Assembly (NCBI GenBank): GCA_035569555.1 | Contig: DATMMW010000040.1 | Coordinates: 214,101 to 278,100, forward strand | DNA length: 64,000 nucleotides | DNA from: Candidatus Dormiibacterota bacterium | GTDB taxonomy: Bacteria; Acidobacteriota; Terriglobia; Acidiferrales; UBA7541 | Direction of reading: 5' to 3' | Part shown: positions 29,101 to 39,086 of the stretch, in pieces | Numbering within the stretch: the stretch's first letter is position 1 | Layout of the letters: each line of letters starts with the position of its first letter | Position numbers and translations under genes: made by a program | The notes under the pieces: generated by a model | What the model was told of the DNA's origin: nothing | The model's database searches: none | Seen by the model: the letters and a program-made list of their open reading frames with translations, nothing else

Positions 29101-29320
29101 GCAGTTGAACTCCTCTTTGGGAAACGTTCCGAAGTAAAGCGACGCGGGGGATTATATTCGGATGGATACACTAAGAAAGTAAAAAGAAGAGGCCCTAACG
29201 CACCATTAGGCGAAGAGGATAGGGAGTTACAAGATGACCGTATGCGTGGCCAAAGCTATTTTTTCGGGGGCTTAGAGGCAAGCCAATCAAGGCATCCGAG
29301 TGCGGAGCCGGAATTCAATT

Positions 29321-29569
29321 CTAGCGAACGAAGACTATGGGGACGTTTGACGGGCGCTTCGTGCGCGCTGCTTGTGCGGTTTCGTTTCCCTTGCGGATGG
29401 CTTCGACGCGGCGTTGTGTGTGAAGCGCATCGAGCTGGATCAGTTCTTCATCGGTCAGTTCATCGATTCTTTCTGTTTGTTCCGGCGAGCGGGATTTGAG
29501 TCTTTCTCGAAGGATTGCCGCGTACCGCGCTTTGGCGTTGGCATTAAGCATCATTACGTTCTCTTTCAT
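29321..29569 (-). CDS. hypothetical small charged protein
   Basis: 82-aa ORF with helical, Glu/Arg-rich sequence. No recognisable motif. Confidence 0.35.
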   Translation of the reverse strand: MKENVMMLNANAKARYAAILRERLKSRSPEQTERIDELTDEELIQLDALHTQRRVEAIRKGNETAQAARTKRPSNVPIVFVR

Positions 29570-29706
29570 GCGAATTGTGGGAGGCCTGCGAGTGTAGAGC
29601 GCAGCATGGGAACTTTCAAATTAAAATTTTCGTTTTAGTCGATTACAGGATGAAGAGTTTAGCTGTAGTTAAGTGAAGAAATAGGAGCGTGTGCGATCGA
29701 TTCAAT

Positions 29707-30411
29707 TTACGCTGGAGGTTGCGGTAGCGGACGATGAACCGGCATTCCCGCCCAGACATTGACGATTCCAAGCAGCTCGTGGATGCCTTCTGCTCGCGAT
29801 GAGCGAGTTCTCCACCAGCGGGATGGAGAAAACGTATCGTCAGAGACCGCATGGATCAGAATTTCGCCGTCGCCGAGATGATATTTATCCCACAGCGAAA
29901 AAACACGCCGCGTGTGAGCTTTGCTGGTGACAACGATTACCGAGCTGTCTCCACGCTCTTTCAAACCGAAGTCGATCGCGTTCAGTTCGTCGGCGGTATT
30001 GACGATCGGGGTGTCGAGTACGTGGATCGCTTCCTGCGGCACACCAAAGGCGCAAAGAACTCTGAAATTACGCGCGTCTTCGCTGAATTTCTGGAAATTT
30101 CCGAATGCGTCAAAATAGTTTTGCTTTACCGGATGCGTGAGCCAAACCTCTCTCGCGTAACCGTCACGGTAAAGCCCGGCAGCTTCAACAGCACGTTCCG
30201 GAAAACTTCCGGACAAAACGGCGATAGCGTCCGCCGGGTGAATAGGATCTTCGCGCACGAGCCAATTGCCAAGGAGCGGAAGGCTGAAATAAGCGAGTGA
30301 AATTGCGGTCAGTAAAATCCCGGACAAAATCGGGAAGAATCGTTTGAGATGAAAAGGAAATTTTCTTTTGGAAGCAGATTCGATGGAACCCATGTGCTCG
30401 ATCGTTTTCAT
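29707..30411 (-). CDS. YdcF/ElyC (DUF218) family protein
   Basis: TM anchor, then DAIAVLSGSFPERAVEAAGLYRDGYAREVWLT...VIVVTSKAHTRR. Start taken at ATG 30411; the ORF-track start is 30465. Confidence 0.8.
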   Translation of the reverse strand: MKTIEHMGSIESASKRKFPFHLKRFFPILSGILLTAISLAYFSLPLLGNWLVREDPIHPADAIAVLSGSFPERAVEAAGLYRDGYAREVWLTHPVKQNYFDAFGNFQKFSEDARNFRVLCAFGVPQEAIHVLDTPIVNTADELNAIDFGLKERGDSSVIVVTSKAHTRRVFSLWDKYHLGDGEILIHAVSDDTFSPSRWWRTRSSRAEGIHELLGIVNVWAGMPVHRPLPQPPA

Positions 30412-30845
30412 CACGCGTTCGACGCGAATTAGCAGACAGGAAGGACTATGCAACTGCTCTGCCAAACAAAGAACAAACAGGGTTCGCGCTTGAAGCAGCT
30501 TTAACGTTAGAGGTGGAGGGAATGAACTGTAGAGAACGAGGAAAGAGTTGTTTTTGCGAAAGAAAGATCGAATAAGTTTCTCCGGAAGTGAAATAGTTGC
30601 ACGTAGCGTGAAAAATTTGCAATTTGTTGTCGCGAAAAAAAATTGTACAAAAAAATCATCTTCGGAATTACAGGAATGGCTTTACACGAATGCAAAGAAG
30701 AGATTCGGGCAATCTTGTGGATCGAATCTGTAGCATTTGTTCCGACATTGCAATCACGCGCGACAAGAGTAGTTGTGATCATCGGGCGCGCATGCGAAGA
30801 GCGATTTGCCGGATTCGGGGCAAGGGAACCTGCGCGAGCCGCAAC

Positions 30846-31322
30846 TTACTCTCCGTCGCGGGCTTTCTGAAGCTTAGCGATGTCGAGTTTTTTCATTTGC
30901 AGAAGCGCTTGCATGACGCGTCCGGATTTCTGTGGATCGGGATCGCTCATGAGTTCGCCAATATTCGCGGGAATGATTTGCCAGGAGAGACCGAATTTGT
31001 CCTTAAGCCAGCCGCACTGGCTTTCCTGACCGCCGTCTGCAGTAAGCCTGGACCAGTAGTTGTCAATTTCGTCCTGCGTTTTGCACGGGACAACAAAAGA
31101 GATCGCTTCGGTGAATTTGAATCGCGGGCCGGCGTTGAGTGCGGTGAATTCCTGTCCGTCGAGCGAGAACGCAATCGTCAGAACAGAGCCTTCAGGGCCA
31201 GGACCAAATTTTCCGCAGCGCGCGATCTTTCCGATTTTCGAGTTTGGAAAAATCGAGCAGTATAAATTGGCGGCTTCTTCGGCTTGCGTATCGAACCACA
31301 GGAATGGATAGATTTTTGACAT
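30846..31322 (-). CDS. VOC-superfamily protein (PhnB/YjdN-like)
   Basis: 158 aa from ATG 31322 ([30 protein letters not shown]...). The upstream 190 codons of ORF 30846-31895 are Pro/Ser/Arg-rich and look non-coding. Confidence 0.85.
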   Translation of the reverse strand: MSKIYPFLWFDTQAEEAANLYCSIFPNSKIGKIARCGKFGPGPEGSVLTIAFSLDGQEFTALNAGPRFKFTEAISFVVPCKTQDEIDNYWSRLTADGGQESQCGWLKDKFGLSWQIIPANIGELMSDPDPQKSGRVMQALLQMKKLDIAKLQKARDGE

Positions 31323-31534
31323 TGACCTGGTCCTTTCGAGAGTGAGGGTCAGCAGGACGGGAAAGATATTCTGCCGCAAGTGCGCCTCGCCAGCGTAGAA
31401 AAGATTCGTGCCAGGTATTCCGATTGGTAGAATTGCAAAGCTTTTAGCCGAAGCACCAGGTAAGAACGAAAAAGCAGTGTTACCGGAGTGGCCAGACCAG
31501 GGCGAAGAAGCTGGCCTGGGTAAGGGAAAATTCC

Positions 31535-32251
31535 ATGACTTCCCTCGATTTGCGTATATTTTATTTTCTAAATTCTTTTGCGCACCGAAGTGCAATCGCC
31601 GATTTTCTGATCGTGCGAACGGCCGAAAACCCGTTGACGACGGGAGCTGTAATCGTTGCGTTGTTTTGGGTGGCGTGGGAGGTAGAAGGCAAGGAGGACA
31701 TGGAGAAACGGGAGACGCTGCTCCTGGGGTTGCTCGCCTCCATGTTTTCGGTGTTTCTGGCTCGCGCAATAGCTCTGGCACTGCCGTTTCGAGTAAGGCC
31801 GATGCACAACACGGAGATCGGCTACCGGCTTCCCTACGAAATGAACCCGGACATATTGATCCGGTGGAGCTCGTTTCCCAGCGATCACGCCACATTGTTT
31901 CTTTGTTTGGCGGCCGTTCTATGGATGGTGTCGAGAAGGCTGGGAACGATCGCGATTCTCTACGTGCTCATAGTGATCGATTTGCCGCGCATTTATGCCG
32001 GCATGCACTACCCGTCGGACATCGTTGCCGGAAGCCTGCTGGGGATTTGCGTCGCGTTGCTGGCGCGTCTTCCGTGGCTGCGCCGGGCGGTGGCCAAACC
32101 GGCGCTGGACTACAAAGAAAGTCATCCGGTGATGTTTCATTTCTGTTTTTTTCTTTGCGCGTTCGAAGTCGGTGATCTGTTTTCAACGGTTCGGGATTTT
32201 GGCCGGTACGCCGTACACGCTCTCCATTTAGGCTCGCATTTCACCCGTTGA
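31535..32251 (+). CDS. PAP2-family phosphatase
   Basis: Three PAP2 motifs: LPFRVRP, FPSDHAT and [13 protein letters not shown]. Multi-TM. Confidence 0.85.
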   Translation: MTSLDLRIFYFLNSFAHRSAIADFLIVRTAENPLTTGAVIVALFWVAWEVEGKEDMEKRETLLLGLLASMFSVFLARAIALALPFRVRPMHNTEIGYRLPYEMNPDILIRWSSFPSDHATLFLCLAAVLWMVSRRLGTIAILYVLIVIDLPRIYAGMHYPSDIVAGSLLGICVALLARLPWLRRAVAKPALDYKESHPVMFHFCFFLCAFEVGDLFSTVRDFGRYAVHALHLGSHFTR

Positions 32252-32326
32252 CGATCGCGCAGTCACAATGGGTCGCAGCGTAGGCGCGAATGGTTTAGAG
32301 TGTGCGTGCCAGAAAAAGGGGGGACG

Positions 32327-32728
32327 ATGGGCGCAGGGAAAGATTGTGCATTGCTGATTATTCGGATTGCGAGCGCGCTGGTGTTTTTGTATCACGGGGC
32401 TGGAATTTTGTTTGGCGCGTTTGGCGGGCCGGGAGCGGCTGGATTTGCGGGTTTCATGCATTTCTCACTGACGATTGCGTATCTAGTGGGGCTGGCGCAG
32501 TTTTGTGGCGGACTGGCCATGTTGACTGGGATTTTTGCGCGGATTGGCGCGTTGTGTATTGCAATTGTAATGGTCGGCGCAATTCAATTGGTGCACTGGA
32601 AGCATGGTTTTGATATCGGGCGAGGCGGAATCGAGTACGCGCTGACGCAATTGCTGATCGCGATTGCCATATTGGTGGCTGGCGCGGGAAAGTTTTCGCT
32701 GGCGCCGGGAAAGATTCGGAATTGGTGA
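32327..32728 (+). CDS. DoxX-family membrane protein
   Basis: ATG 32327 follows AAAAGGGGGGA. LLIIRIASALVFLYHGAGILFGAFGGPG is a typical DoxX N-terminus. Confidence 0.8.
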   Translation: MGAGKDCALLIIRIASALVFLYHGAGILFGAFGGPGAAGFAGFMHFSLTIAYLVGLAQFCGGLAMLTGIFARIGALCIAIVMVGAIQLVHWKHGFDIGRGGIEYALTQLLIAIAILVAGAGKFSLAPGKIRNW

Positions 32729-32730
32729 AA

Positions 32731-33222
32731 ATGATGAAACGAAAATTGCCGGCGGTGATTTTGATTTTTTGTGGAGTGCTGTCCGTGGTTGCGGCGATTG
32801 GCGCACAGGAGAAAAAGGGGGCGGAGAAGATGATCGCGAAGGGACCGTTTGAGGTGAAGATGGCGCCGGTGGATACGGCGCACAAGGATGAGAAGGCGAT
32901 TGCGCGCTATTCGCTGGACAAGGTCTATCACGGAGATTTGGAAGCGACAGGCACAGGGGAAATGCTGGCGTCGATGGGAACGGTAAAAGGATCAGGAACC
33001 TATGTCGCGATGGAAATTGTGAACGGTACCTTGGCAGGAAAGAAAGGGACGTTTGCGCTGGGCCATGTTGGAACGATGTCGCACGGCACGCAAAATTTGT
33101 CGATCAACGTAGTCCCGGATTCGGGCACAGGCGAGCTCGCGGGAATTTCCGGAAAGCTGAACATTATTATTGCGGCCGACGGAAAACACTCGTACGAATT
33201 TGAATATCAGATTCAACAATAA
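32731..33222 (+). CDS. secreted DUF3224-like protein
   Basis: Signal peptide MMKRKLPAVILIFCGVLSVVAAIGA. Contains GDLEATGTGEMLA...GTLAGKKGTFAL, as I recall for DUF3224. Confidence 0.7.
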   Translation: MMKRKLPAVILIFCGVLSVVAAIGAQEKKGAEKMIAKGPFEVKMAPVDTAHKDEKAIARYSLDKVYHGDLEATGTGEMLASMGTVKGSGTYVAMEIVNGTLAGKKGTFALGHVGTMSHGTQNLSINVVPDSGTGELAGISGKLNIIIAADGKHSYEFEYQIQQ

Positions 33223-33273
33223 AATCAGAAGTGGATGATATAGTCTCGCAACTCTTGCGCGAGGTGTCCTTGA

Positions 33274-34128
33274 ATGAAACACAAAACACAAATTTGGTTG
33301 CGATTCGCGATGTGCGCGATGGTGGTGCTAGGCGCCGTTGGCGCGACGAGGGCCCAAACAAAGAACCCTTATGCGGGCGACGCTAAGATTGCGAAGATCG
33401 GCGAATTCCAATTTCGCGCGAACTGCGCGTTTTGTCACGGACTAGGCGCGCGCGGCGGCGGGCGCGGGCCGGATTTGACGCGAACTCCGAAAAAGCATGG
33501 CGACAGCGACGGCGATATTTTCAATACGATCAACAATGGCGTGCCGGGAACGGCGATGCCGCCGAACGGCGCGACGCAGCAGGGCGTGGGCATGACGGAA
33601 GAAGAGATTTGGCAGGTGGTGACGTATATCCGAAGTGTGGAGAAAAAATCGGACGCGGCGAGTTTGGGGAATGCGACGCATGGGAAGGAATTGTTTTACG
33701 GTTTGGCGGCATGCGGAACTTGCCACATGGTGAATGGAAAAGGCGGGAGGCTGGGGCCGGATTTGAGCGGTGCGTCGGCGGCGCGGTCGACGGAGTATTT
33801 GACGGAGTCGTTGAGAGCACCGAGTAAGCGGCTGGCGCAGGGAATTTCTGAGGCGATGAAGGAATTCTCTCAAGAATACGAAACGGCAAATGTGACTACG
33901 GCAGATGGAACAAAGTATCAAGGCGTTGTGCTGAACGAAGACGCCTTCACGGTGCAGGTTCTGGATACGCGAGAGATTTTGCACTTGTGGGAGAAGGGCT
34001 CGCTGAAATCGTATGAGAAGACGAGACAGTCGCTGATGCCGGTGTATGACGAGAAGATGCTGCCGGAGAAAGATTTGCAGGATTTGCTAGCATTTTTGGC
34101 GGCGAGCAGTGCGGGAGGTGGGAAGTGA
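33274..34128 (+). CDS. diheme c-type cytochrome
   Basis: Signal peptide plus two CxxCH motifs (CAFCHG, CGTCHM). Its stop overlaps the start of the PQQ dehydrogenase (GTGA). Confidence 0.88.
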   Translation: MKHKTQIWLRFAMCAMVVLGAVGATRAQTKNPYAGDAKIAKIGEFQFRANCAFCHGLGARGGGRGPDLTRTPKKHGDSDGDIFNTINNGVPGTAMPPNGATQQGVGMTEEEIWQVVTYIRSVEKKSDAASLGNATHGKELFYGLAACGTCHMVNGKGGRLGPDLSGASAARSTEYLTESLRAPSKRLAQGISEAMKEFSQEYETANVTTADGTKYQGVVLNEDAFTVQVLDTREILHLWEKGSLKSYEKTRQSLMPVYDEKMLPEKDLQDLLAFLAASSAGGGK

Positions 34129-35708
34129 GAGTTTCTTCCGCGCTGTTCGCAATAATTGCGATGGGATTGAGCACAGTTTCGAATGCGCAGGTCACACCAG
34201 AACGATTGCTGAATGCATCCAAAGAGCCGCAGAACTGGCTGATGTATAGCGGAGATTATGCAGGGCATAGGTATTCGACGTTGGATCAGATTGGCGTGGG
34301 GAATGCAGGATTCCTGGCGCCAAAATGGGCGTACCAGACGATGGCGGGCGGAAAATTTGAAACGACGCCGCTGGTCGTGGATGGAGTTTTGTACGCGACG
34401 GGGCAGGACGACCGTGCGTTTGCGCTCGATGCGAAGACGGGGCGGCCGATTTGGCAGTATCAGCGCGCGTTGCCAGGGGATATTCGGCCCTGCTGCGGGC
34501 GTGTGAATCGAGGTCTAGCGATTTTGGGCGACAAAGTTTTTATGGGGACGCTGGATTCGCACGTGATTGCGCTGGACACAAAAACCGGATCTGTTGTTTG
34601 GGACGTGAGCGCAGTTGACTATACGAAGGGATATAGTTTCACGCTCGCTCCATTGGTGATCAAGAATCTAGTGCTTGTGGGAGTGAGTGGTGGTGAGTAT
34701 GGCATTCGTGGATTTATCGACGCGTACGATGCGGCGACAGGAGAGAGAAAGTGGCGGTTCTACACGATTCCGGGCAAAGGCGAGCCAGGAAATGAAACTT
34801 GGGAAGGCGAGTCATGGAAGATTGGCGGATCGCCGGCTTGGATTACCGGAACGTTTGATCCGGAAACCAACACAACGTTTTGGACGACGGGAAATCCTTC
34901 GCCGTCGAATCGGGGAATTGGACGCGCGGGAGACAATTTGTATTCCAATTCGCTATTGGCACTCGATCCGGACACAGGGAAATTGAAATGGTATTTCCAG
35001 TTTACGCAGCACGATGAGCATGACTACGACGCGACGCAAGTGCCGGTGATGGTGGATGACGGAGAGAAGAAGCTGATCGCGCAGGCGAATCGCAACGGAT
35101 TTTTCTACGTGATTGACCGCACGAACGGAAAGCTCGTGCAGGCTGCGAATTACGCGAAGGTTTCGTGGAGTAAGGAAAAAGATGCGAATGGGCGGCCGAT
35201 TCCGGCGAAGGAAGGTTCGCCGACACCTGAGGGGAATCGCGTGTGTCCAGGAGCGGCGGGCGCGACGAACTGGATGTCACCGACATACGATCTGCAAACG
35301 AAACTCTTTTATGTGACGGCGCGAGAGCAATGCGACGTGTTCTCGACGGCGCCGCAGCCGTACGATGCGGGGCATGCGTATTACGGATCGGCGTATTTTC
35401 CGAATGAGGATGCCGAACCGTTTTATGGAGCGTTGCGCGCACTCGATTTGAAAACAGGCAAGCCGGTGTGGGAATGGAAGCATGTTTCGCCAACGTGGTC
35501 GGGAGTGCTTTCGACGGCAGGCGGAGTTGTGTTTACCGGGGATGCCGAAGGGAATTTTATTGCGTTGGATGCGAAGAGTGGAAAACCGTTGTGGCATTTT
35601 CAATGTGGTGCGAGCGTGTATGCCTCGCCGATGACGTACTCGGTGGACGGAAAGCAGTATGTGGTTGTGGCGGCGGGATCGGCGCTGTTTGCGTTTGGTT
35701 TGCAATAG
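34125..35708 (+). CDS. PQQ-dependent alcohol/methanol-family dehydrogenase
   Basis: 527 aa. Signal peptide, vicinal Cys pair PCCG (codons 34491-34496), propeller W-motifs, and catalytic region HDEHDYDAT (D-Y-D codons 35022-35030). Confidence 0.92.
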   Translation: MRVSSALFAIIAMGLSTVSNAQVTPERLLNASKEPQNWLMYSGDYAGHRYSTLDQIGVGNAGFLAPKWAYQTMAGGKFETTPLVVDGVLYATGQDDRAFALDAKTGRPIWQYQRALPGDIRPCCGRVNRGLAILGDKVFMGTLDSHVIALDTKTGSVVWDVSAVDYTKGYSFTLAPLVIKNLVLVGVSGGEYGIRGFIDAYDAATGERKWRFYTIPGKGEPGNETWEGESWKIGGSPAWITGTFDPETNTTFWTTGNPSPSNRGIGRAGDNLYSNSLLALDPDTGKLKWYFQFTQHDEHDYDATQVPVMVDDGEKKLIAQANRNGFFYVIDRTNGKLVQAANYAKVSWSKEKDANGRPIPAKEGSPTPEGNRVCPGAAGATNWMSPTYDLQTKLFYVTAREQCDVFSTAPQPYDAGHAYYGSAYFPNEDAEPFYGALRALDLKTGKPVWEWKHVSPTWSGVLSTAGGVVFTGDAEGNFIALDAKSGKPLWHFQCGASVYASPMTYSVDGKQYVVVAAGSALFAFGLQ

Positions 35709-35918
35709 ATGGCGAAGAAGAAGATCGTCGGCTTTCATCAAGATGAAAACGGAGATTGGGTAGCGGGTTTGGAGTGCGGGCATAGGCAACATGTGCGGCA
35801 TAACCCGCCGTGGATGAGCCGTGAGTGGATTTTGAAGCCGGAAGGGCGCGCTGAACATATTGGACGGGAGCTGGATTGCAAGAAGTGTGAGGAGTCGCTG
35901 CCAGAGGCCACCACCTAA
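35709..35918 (+). CDS. small Cys/His protein (DUF3565-like)
   Basis: ATG immediately follows the dehydrogenase stop (TAGATG). Has FHQDENGDWVAGLECGHRQHVRHNPPW and a C-terminal CKKCEE. Confidence 0.7.
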   Translation: MAKKKIVGFHQDENGDWVAGLECGHRQHVRHNPPWMSREWILKPEGRAEHIGRELDCKKCEESLPEATT

Positions 35919-35988
35919 AGGTCATTCGATCGCGTTGATAAATTTAACTTGAAAAGAGCGGTCTAAAGACAGGCCACTGCAAAAGCGA

Positions 35989-36324
35989 TTACTGCGTTGC
36001 GCGCTGGTGATTACTCGCTGCCTCGGCTAGCCAGCGATCGAGAATCGGTGCGTTGGCGGAATCGATTTCTTCGAAGCGAACTCCTGCGCCCATGTGTTCC
36101 ACTGCGTAGATGATTTTCGCGTTTGCCTGAAAGAAAGCACCGCCAGCCGCGATTGTAAGGCGAATCGGCGTGCCATTCGGCAGCGGATTCATCATGTCCA
36201 CGTAGCATCCACCCTTGCTGATTTCACTGACACGCATGGAGAGACGCGTGTCCGTTCGAGGATCCCGTAACTCTCCGCCTGCAATAAATGGATAGCGTGG
36301 AGAAAGACGACGTTCGATACCCAT
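35989..36324 (-). CDS. PilZ-domain protein
   Basis: MGIERRLSPRYPF (RxxxR) and EISKGGCYV (DxSxxG-like). An alternative ATG lies at 36354. The longer ORF-track start would overlap the OmpA gene end. Confidence 0.7.
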   Translation of the reverse strand: MGIERRLSPRYPFIAGGELRDPRTDTRLSMRVSEISKGGCYVDMMNPLPNGTPIRLTIAAGGAFFQANAKIIYAVEHMGAGVRFEEIDSANAPILDRWLAEAASNHQRATQ

Positions 36325-36418
36325 GTTTGGAAGACCTCGCTTGCCGAAAGTCATGCAACTTGCGCGGGTGGCGGGGAGGGTAACCCGAGTTGAAATAAAG
36401 CTTACCGCAACTGGGAGA

Positions 36419-38056
36419 TTACTTTGAAGCGCCTGTTGCGGTTGCGGTACCGCCGATGGCTTCGCCGTTGACGATGAGTTCAACGCGGCGATTTTTCTGC
36501 CGGCCTTCAACGGTGTCGTTGGAAGAGACGGGCTGCGTTTTTCCGAAGCCGCGGGCGGTCATGGAGGAGCCGGACACGCCTTGCTGTGCGAGAAAATCCA
36601 TGACGGAGCCGGCGCGCTGTTCAGAAAGGTGCTGGTTGAAATCGTCCCCGCCGATAATGTCTGTATGCCCTTCGATCTGGAGCGTGAGGCCAGGATGCGC
36701 GAGCAAGATACCTGAGATCTTCGCGAGTTTTTCGCGCGCAGTGGGCTTGAGCGTGTAGCTGCCGGTGTCGAAGAGAACGTCCGACATATTTACGATGAGG
36801 CCGCGGGCGGAATCCTGCGTTTGCAAGACGGCGTTGAGTTGCGAGAGAAGCCGCGCGCGGAGTTCGGCTTTTTCCGATTCTGCTTTTTCAGCAGCAGCGC
36901 GGGCCATTACGGCGTCGGCTTCGGCAGCGCGTTTTTGTTCGAGCGCAGCTTGCTGATCGGCTAACGCAGCAGCACGGGCTTTCTCTGCTTCTTCTTTTGC
37001 TTTGGCTGCTTCTGCCGCCGCTTTCTCCGCCTCCGCTTTCAAGCGTTCGGCGTCGGCCTTTGCGGCTTCAGCGGCTTGACGAGCTTGTTCGGCATCAGCG
37101 CGGCGTTTCGCTTCATCGGCGGCATCCTGACGTGCTTTTGCTTCGCGCTGCTCGGCGGCGAGTTTATCGGCTGCAATCTTTGCCTGCGCTTCTTCCTCCG
37201 CCTTTTGTTTTACGGAAATGACGCGGGCTTCTTCCGCGGTCTGTACGGAATCGCGGGCGGCGGCAACGACGGATTTTTTGTCGCGCTTCTGGCGATACAG
37301 GTCTTCGGCGGACTGGAGCTGCTGCACAGCCTTGGCCAGCGATGGGCCGGCATATTTTTCTGCGCCTGCGTTGCGCGCGATACGAGCAGCGTTACGCGCC
37401 TGGAAAAGTTCGACAGGAGTTTTGCGATCGATGCCGAAGATGGCGTTTTCGATTTTTGTGTTGGACGAGGAATACACGCCGCGCGCAAGAAGTTCGTAGC
37501 GGGCTTCGATGGACTCGCCGCCGGAACCGGCCTCAAGAGTATTTTCCGCAACCACTTCGTCGCCGGGTTGCGTGACGGCGAAATAGGGTTCGGCCGTGAC
37601 GATCATTCCAAATGTCTGCATGTCAGAAATGGCTTTGACCTGTGCTTTGCCGTCCTTCACTTGTACTTCGCCGAGATTGACGGCGCGGCCTTGCGGCGAG
37701 ATAGCCCAGAGAACGTAAGTGAGGTATTCGAGCCCGAATTTTGTTGCGTCTTCGAGGCCTTCAAATCTTGCGTCGATTTCGACGCGATTGCCCTTGTTTT
37801 CAACCTTTGCTTCACCGCCGGCTTGCTGCATGAGGTCGGTACCGTGAAAGAGAACTTTGAGAGTGGTGCCGCTGCGGCGGTAATTGATGGCTTTGGTGGT
37901 TCGAGAAACGGGCGTGGCAGGAGCGACTGTTTGCGCAGAAAGCTTGACGGCCAGCAGGCTAAGGAGCCCCATCAGTCCGAGGCAGATTGCAGCGAGGCGG
38001 AGATTGAAATTGGTGCGAGTCAAATAAGGCGAATGAACTTTTGCGCGTCGAAGCAT
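36419..38056 (-). CDS. OmpA-family protein with long Ala/Glu/Lys coiled-coil
   Basis: Signal peptide. C-terminal OmpA-like domain (LQIEGHTDIIGGDDFNQHLSEQRAGSV...NRRVELIV). Central ~130-aa AEK-rich helix. Confidence 0.85.
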   Translation of the reverse strand: MLRRAKVHSPYLTRTNFNLRLAAICLGLMGLLSLLAVKLSAQTVAPATPVSRTTKAINYRRSGTTLKVLFHGTDLMQQAGGEAKVENKGNRVEIDARFEGLEDATKFGLEYLTYVLWAISPQGRAVNLGEVQVKDGKAQVKAISDMQTFGMIVTAEPYFAVTQPGDEVVAENTLEAGSGGESIEARYELLARGVYSSSNTKIENAIFGIDRKTPVELFQARNAARIARNAGAEKYAGPSLAKAVQQLQSAEDLYRQKRDKKSVVAAARDSVQTAEEARVISVKQKAEEEAQAKIAADKLAAEQREAKARQDAADEAKRRADAEQARQAAEAAKADAERLKAEAEKAAAEAAKAKEEAEKARAAALADQQAALEQKRAAEADAVMARAAAEKAESEKAELRARLLSQLNAVLQTQDSARGLIVNMSDVLFDTGSYTLKPTAREKLAKISGILLAHPGLTLQIEGHTDIIGGDDFNQHLSEQRAGSVMDFLAQQGVSGSSMTARGFGKTQPVSSNDTVEGRQKNRRVELIVNGEAIGGTATATGASK

Positions 38057-38212
38057 GTGAATGCCATCCCGCAGCGGCCGGCGGCCGCTGCAAATGCGAT
38101 TTGCTTGCCCAGATTTCTCTTAGAGTAGCAAAGAGAATCTGATAAGTGGCGGATGTGCGTTGACTTTTGCGCAAGTGATTACAGGCAGCGGCTTGGGGCC
38201 GGTGTGACGAAG

Positions 38213-39004
38213 CTACTTGGACAGCAAGTCTTTCCAGCGCTTCCAGGAGTCTTCGCGGGCTTTTTTGTTGGCTTCGCTGGCGTCGGGGGCTTCCCCTGCA
38301 CGCATGAATCCGTGACCAGCGCCATCGTAGGTAACGGGCTCGTAGGTTTTGCCGGCAGCCTTCATGTTGGCAATCGAGTCGGGAATCGTGGCGCCGATTC
38401 GAGCATCGTTGCCCGCATAGAAACCGTAGACGGGACACTTGATTGTCGCCATGGATTCTTTAGAAGGGCCAGACCCGTAGAAGACGAATGCCGCAGAGAG
38501 ATCGGCGCGAGTTGTGGCGAATCGGAATGTTTGAGAGCCGCCCCAACAGAAGCCGGCAACGAAGAGTTTGCCGTTGGAGGCAGGAAGCTTGAGGCCATAG
38601 TCGGCGGCGGCGTTTAAGTCGGCGGTGACCTGGGTTTGGTTCAGTTTGCTGACTGCTTCCATGGCGGCGTCCACGGAAAAGTCCTTCGTGCGTCCACCGT
38701 TGGAAGCCATGCCAGTAAGAAGATCGGGAGCCACGGCGATGTAGCCGGCAGCGGCAACTTCGTCAGCGAGTTCCTGCGCCCAGTCGCTGAGGCCAAAGAT
38801 TTCGTGGATGACAAGAACGACAGGGCGTTTGTCCTTCGATTCCGGATACGCGACGAAAATGTCCACGGAGCGGCCGTCATGCTTGACGGTGGCCCATTCG
38901 CGGTGGCGGGGCGATTTGGCGAGCTGCTCTTTGGCCCAGTCCTGGGCTGTAGCGATGTGAGTAGTGAAGAGGATTGCTGCTGTGAGAAGAAAAGCGCGTT
39001 TCAT
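38213..39004 (-). CDS. secreted dienelactone hydrolase family protein
   Basis: Contains VVLVIHEIFGLSDWAQELADEVAAAGY, the nucleophile motif GFCWGG, and a C-terminal GAGHGF. Confidence 0.85.
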   Translation of the reverse strand: MKRAFLLTAAILFTTHIATAQDWAKEQLAKSPRHREWATVKHDGRSVDIFVAYPESKDKRPVVLVIHEIFGLSDWAQELADEVAAAGYIAVAPDLLTGMASNGGRTKDFSVDAAMEAVSKLNQTQVTADLNAAADYGLKLPASNGKLFVAGFCWGGSQTFRFATTRADLSAAFVFYGSGPSKESMATIKCPVYGFYAGNDARIGATIPDSIANMKAAGKTYEPVTYDGAGHGFMRAGEAPDASEANKKAREDSWKRWKDLLSK

Positions 39005-39086
39005 GGAGACCCCCTCAGGTGACCGGGAGAAATGCTAGAGGGTTGGAGGGGGGAGATGCAAGGGGTAACAAACTTAAAGAGAGTTT

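Noticed and set aside
31323-31895. N-terminal 190-codon extension of the VOC-family ORF (ORF track 30846-31895)
   Set aside because: The extension is Pro/Ser/Arg/Thr-rich and overlaps the divergent PAP2 gene and its promoter region. The conserved domain begins exactly at ATG 31322 ([10 protein letters not shown]).
37076-38128. 350-aa plus-strand ORF
   Set aside because: It is antisense to the OmpA-family gene. It arises from the quasi-repetitive GC-rich coiled-coil coding DNA.
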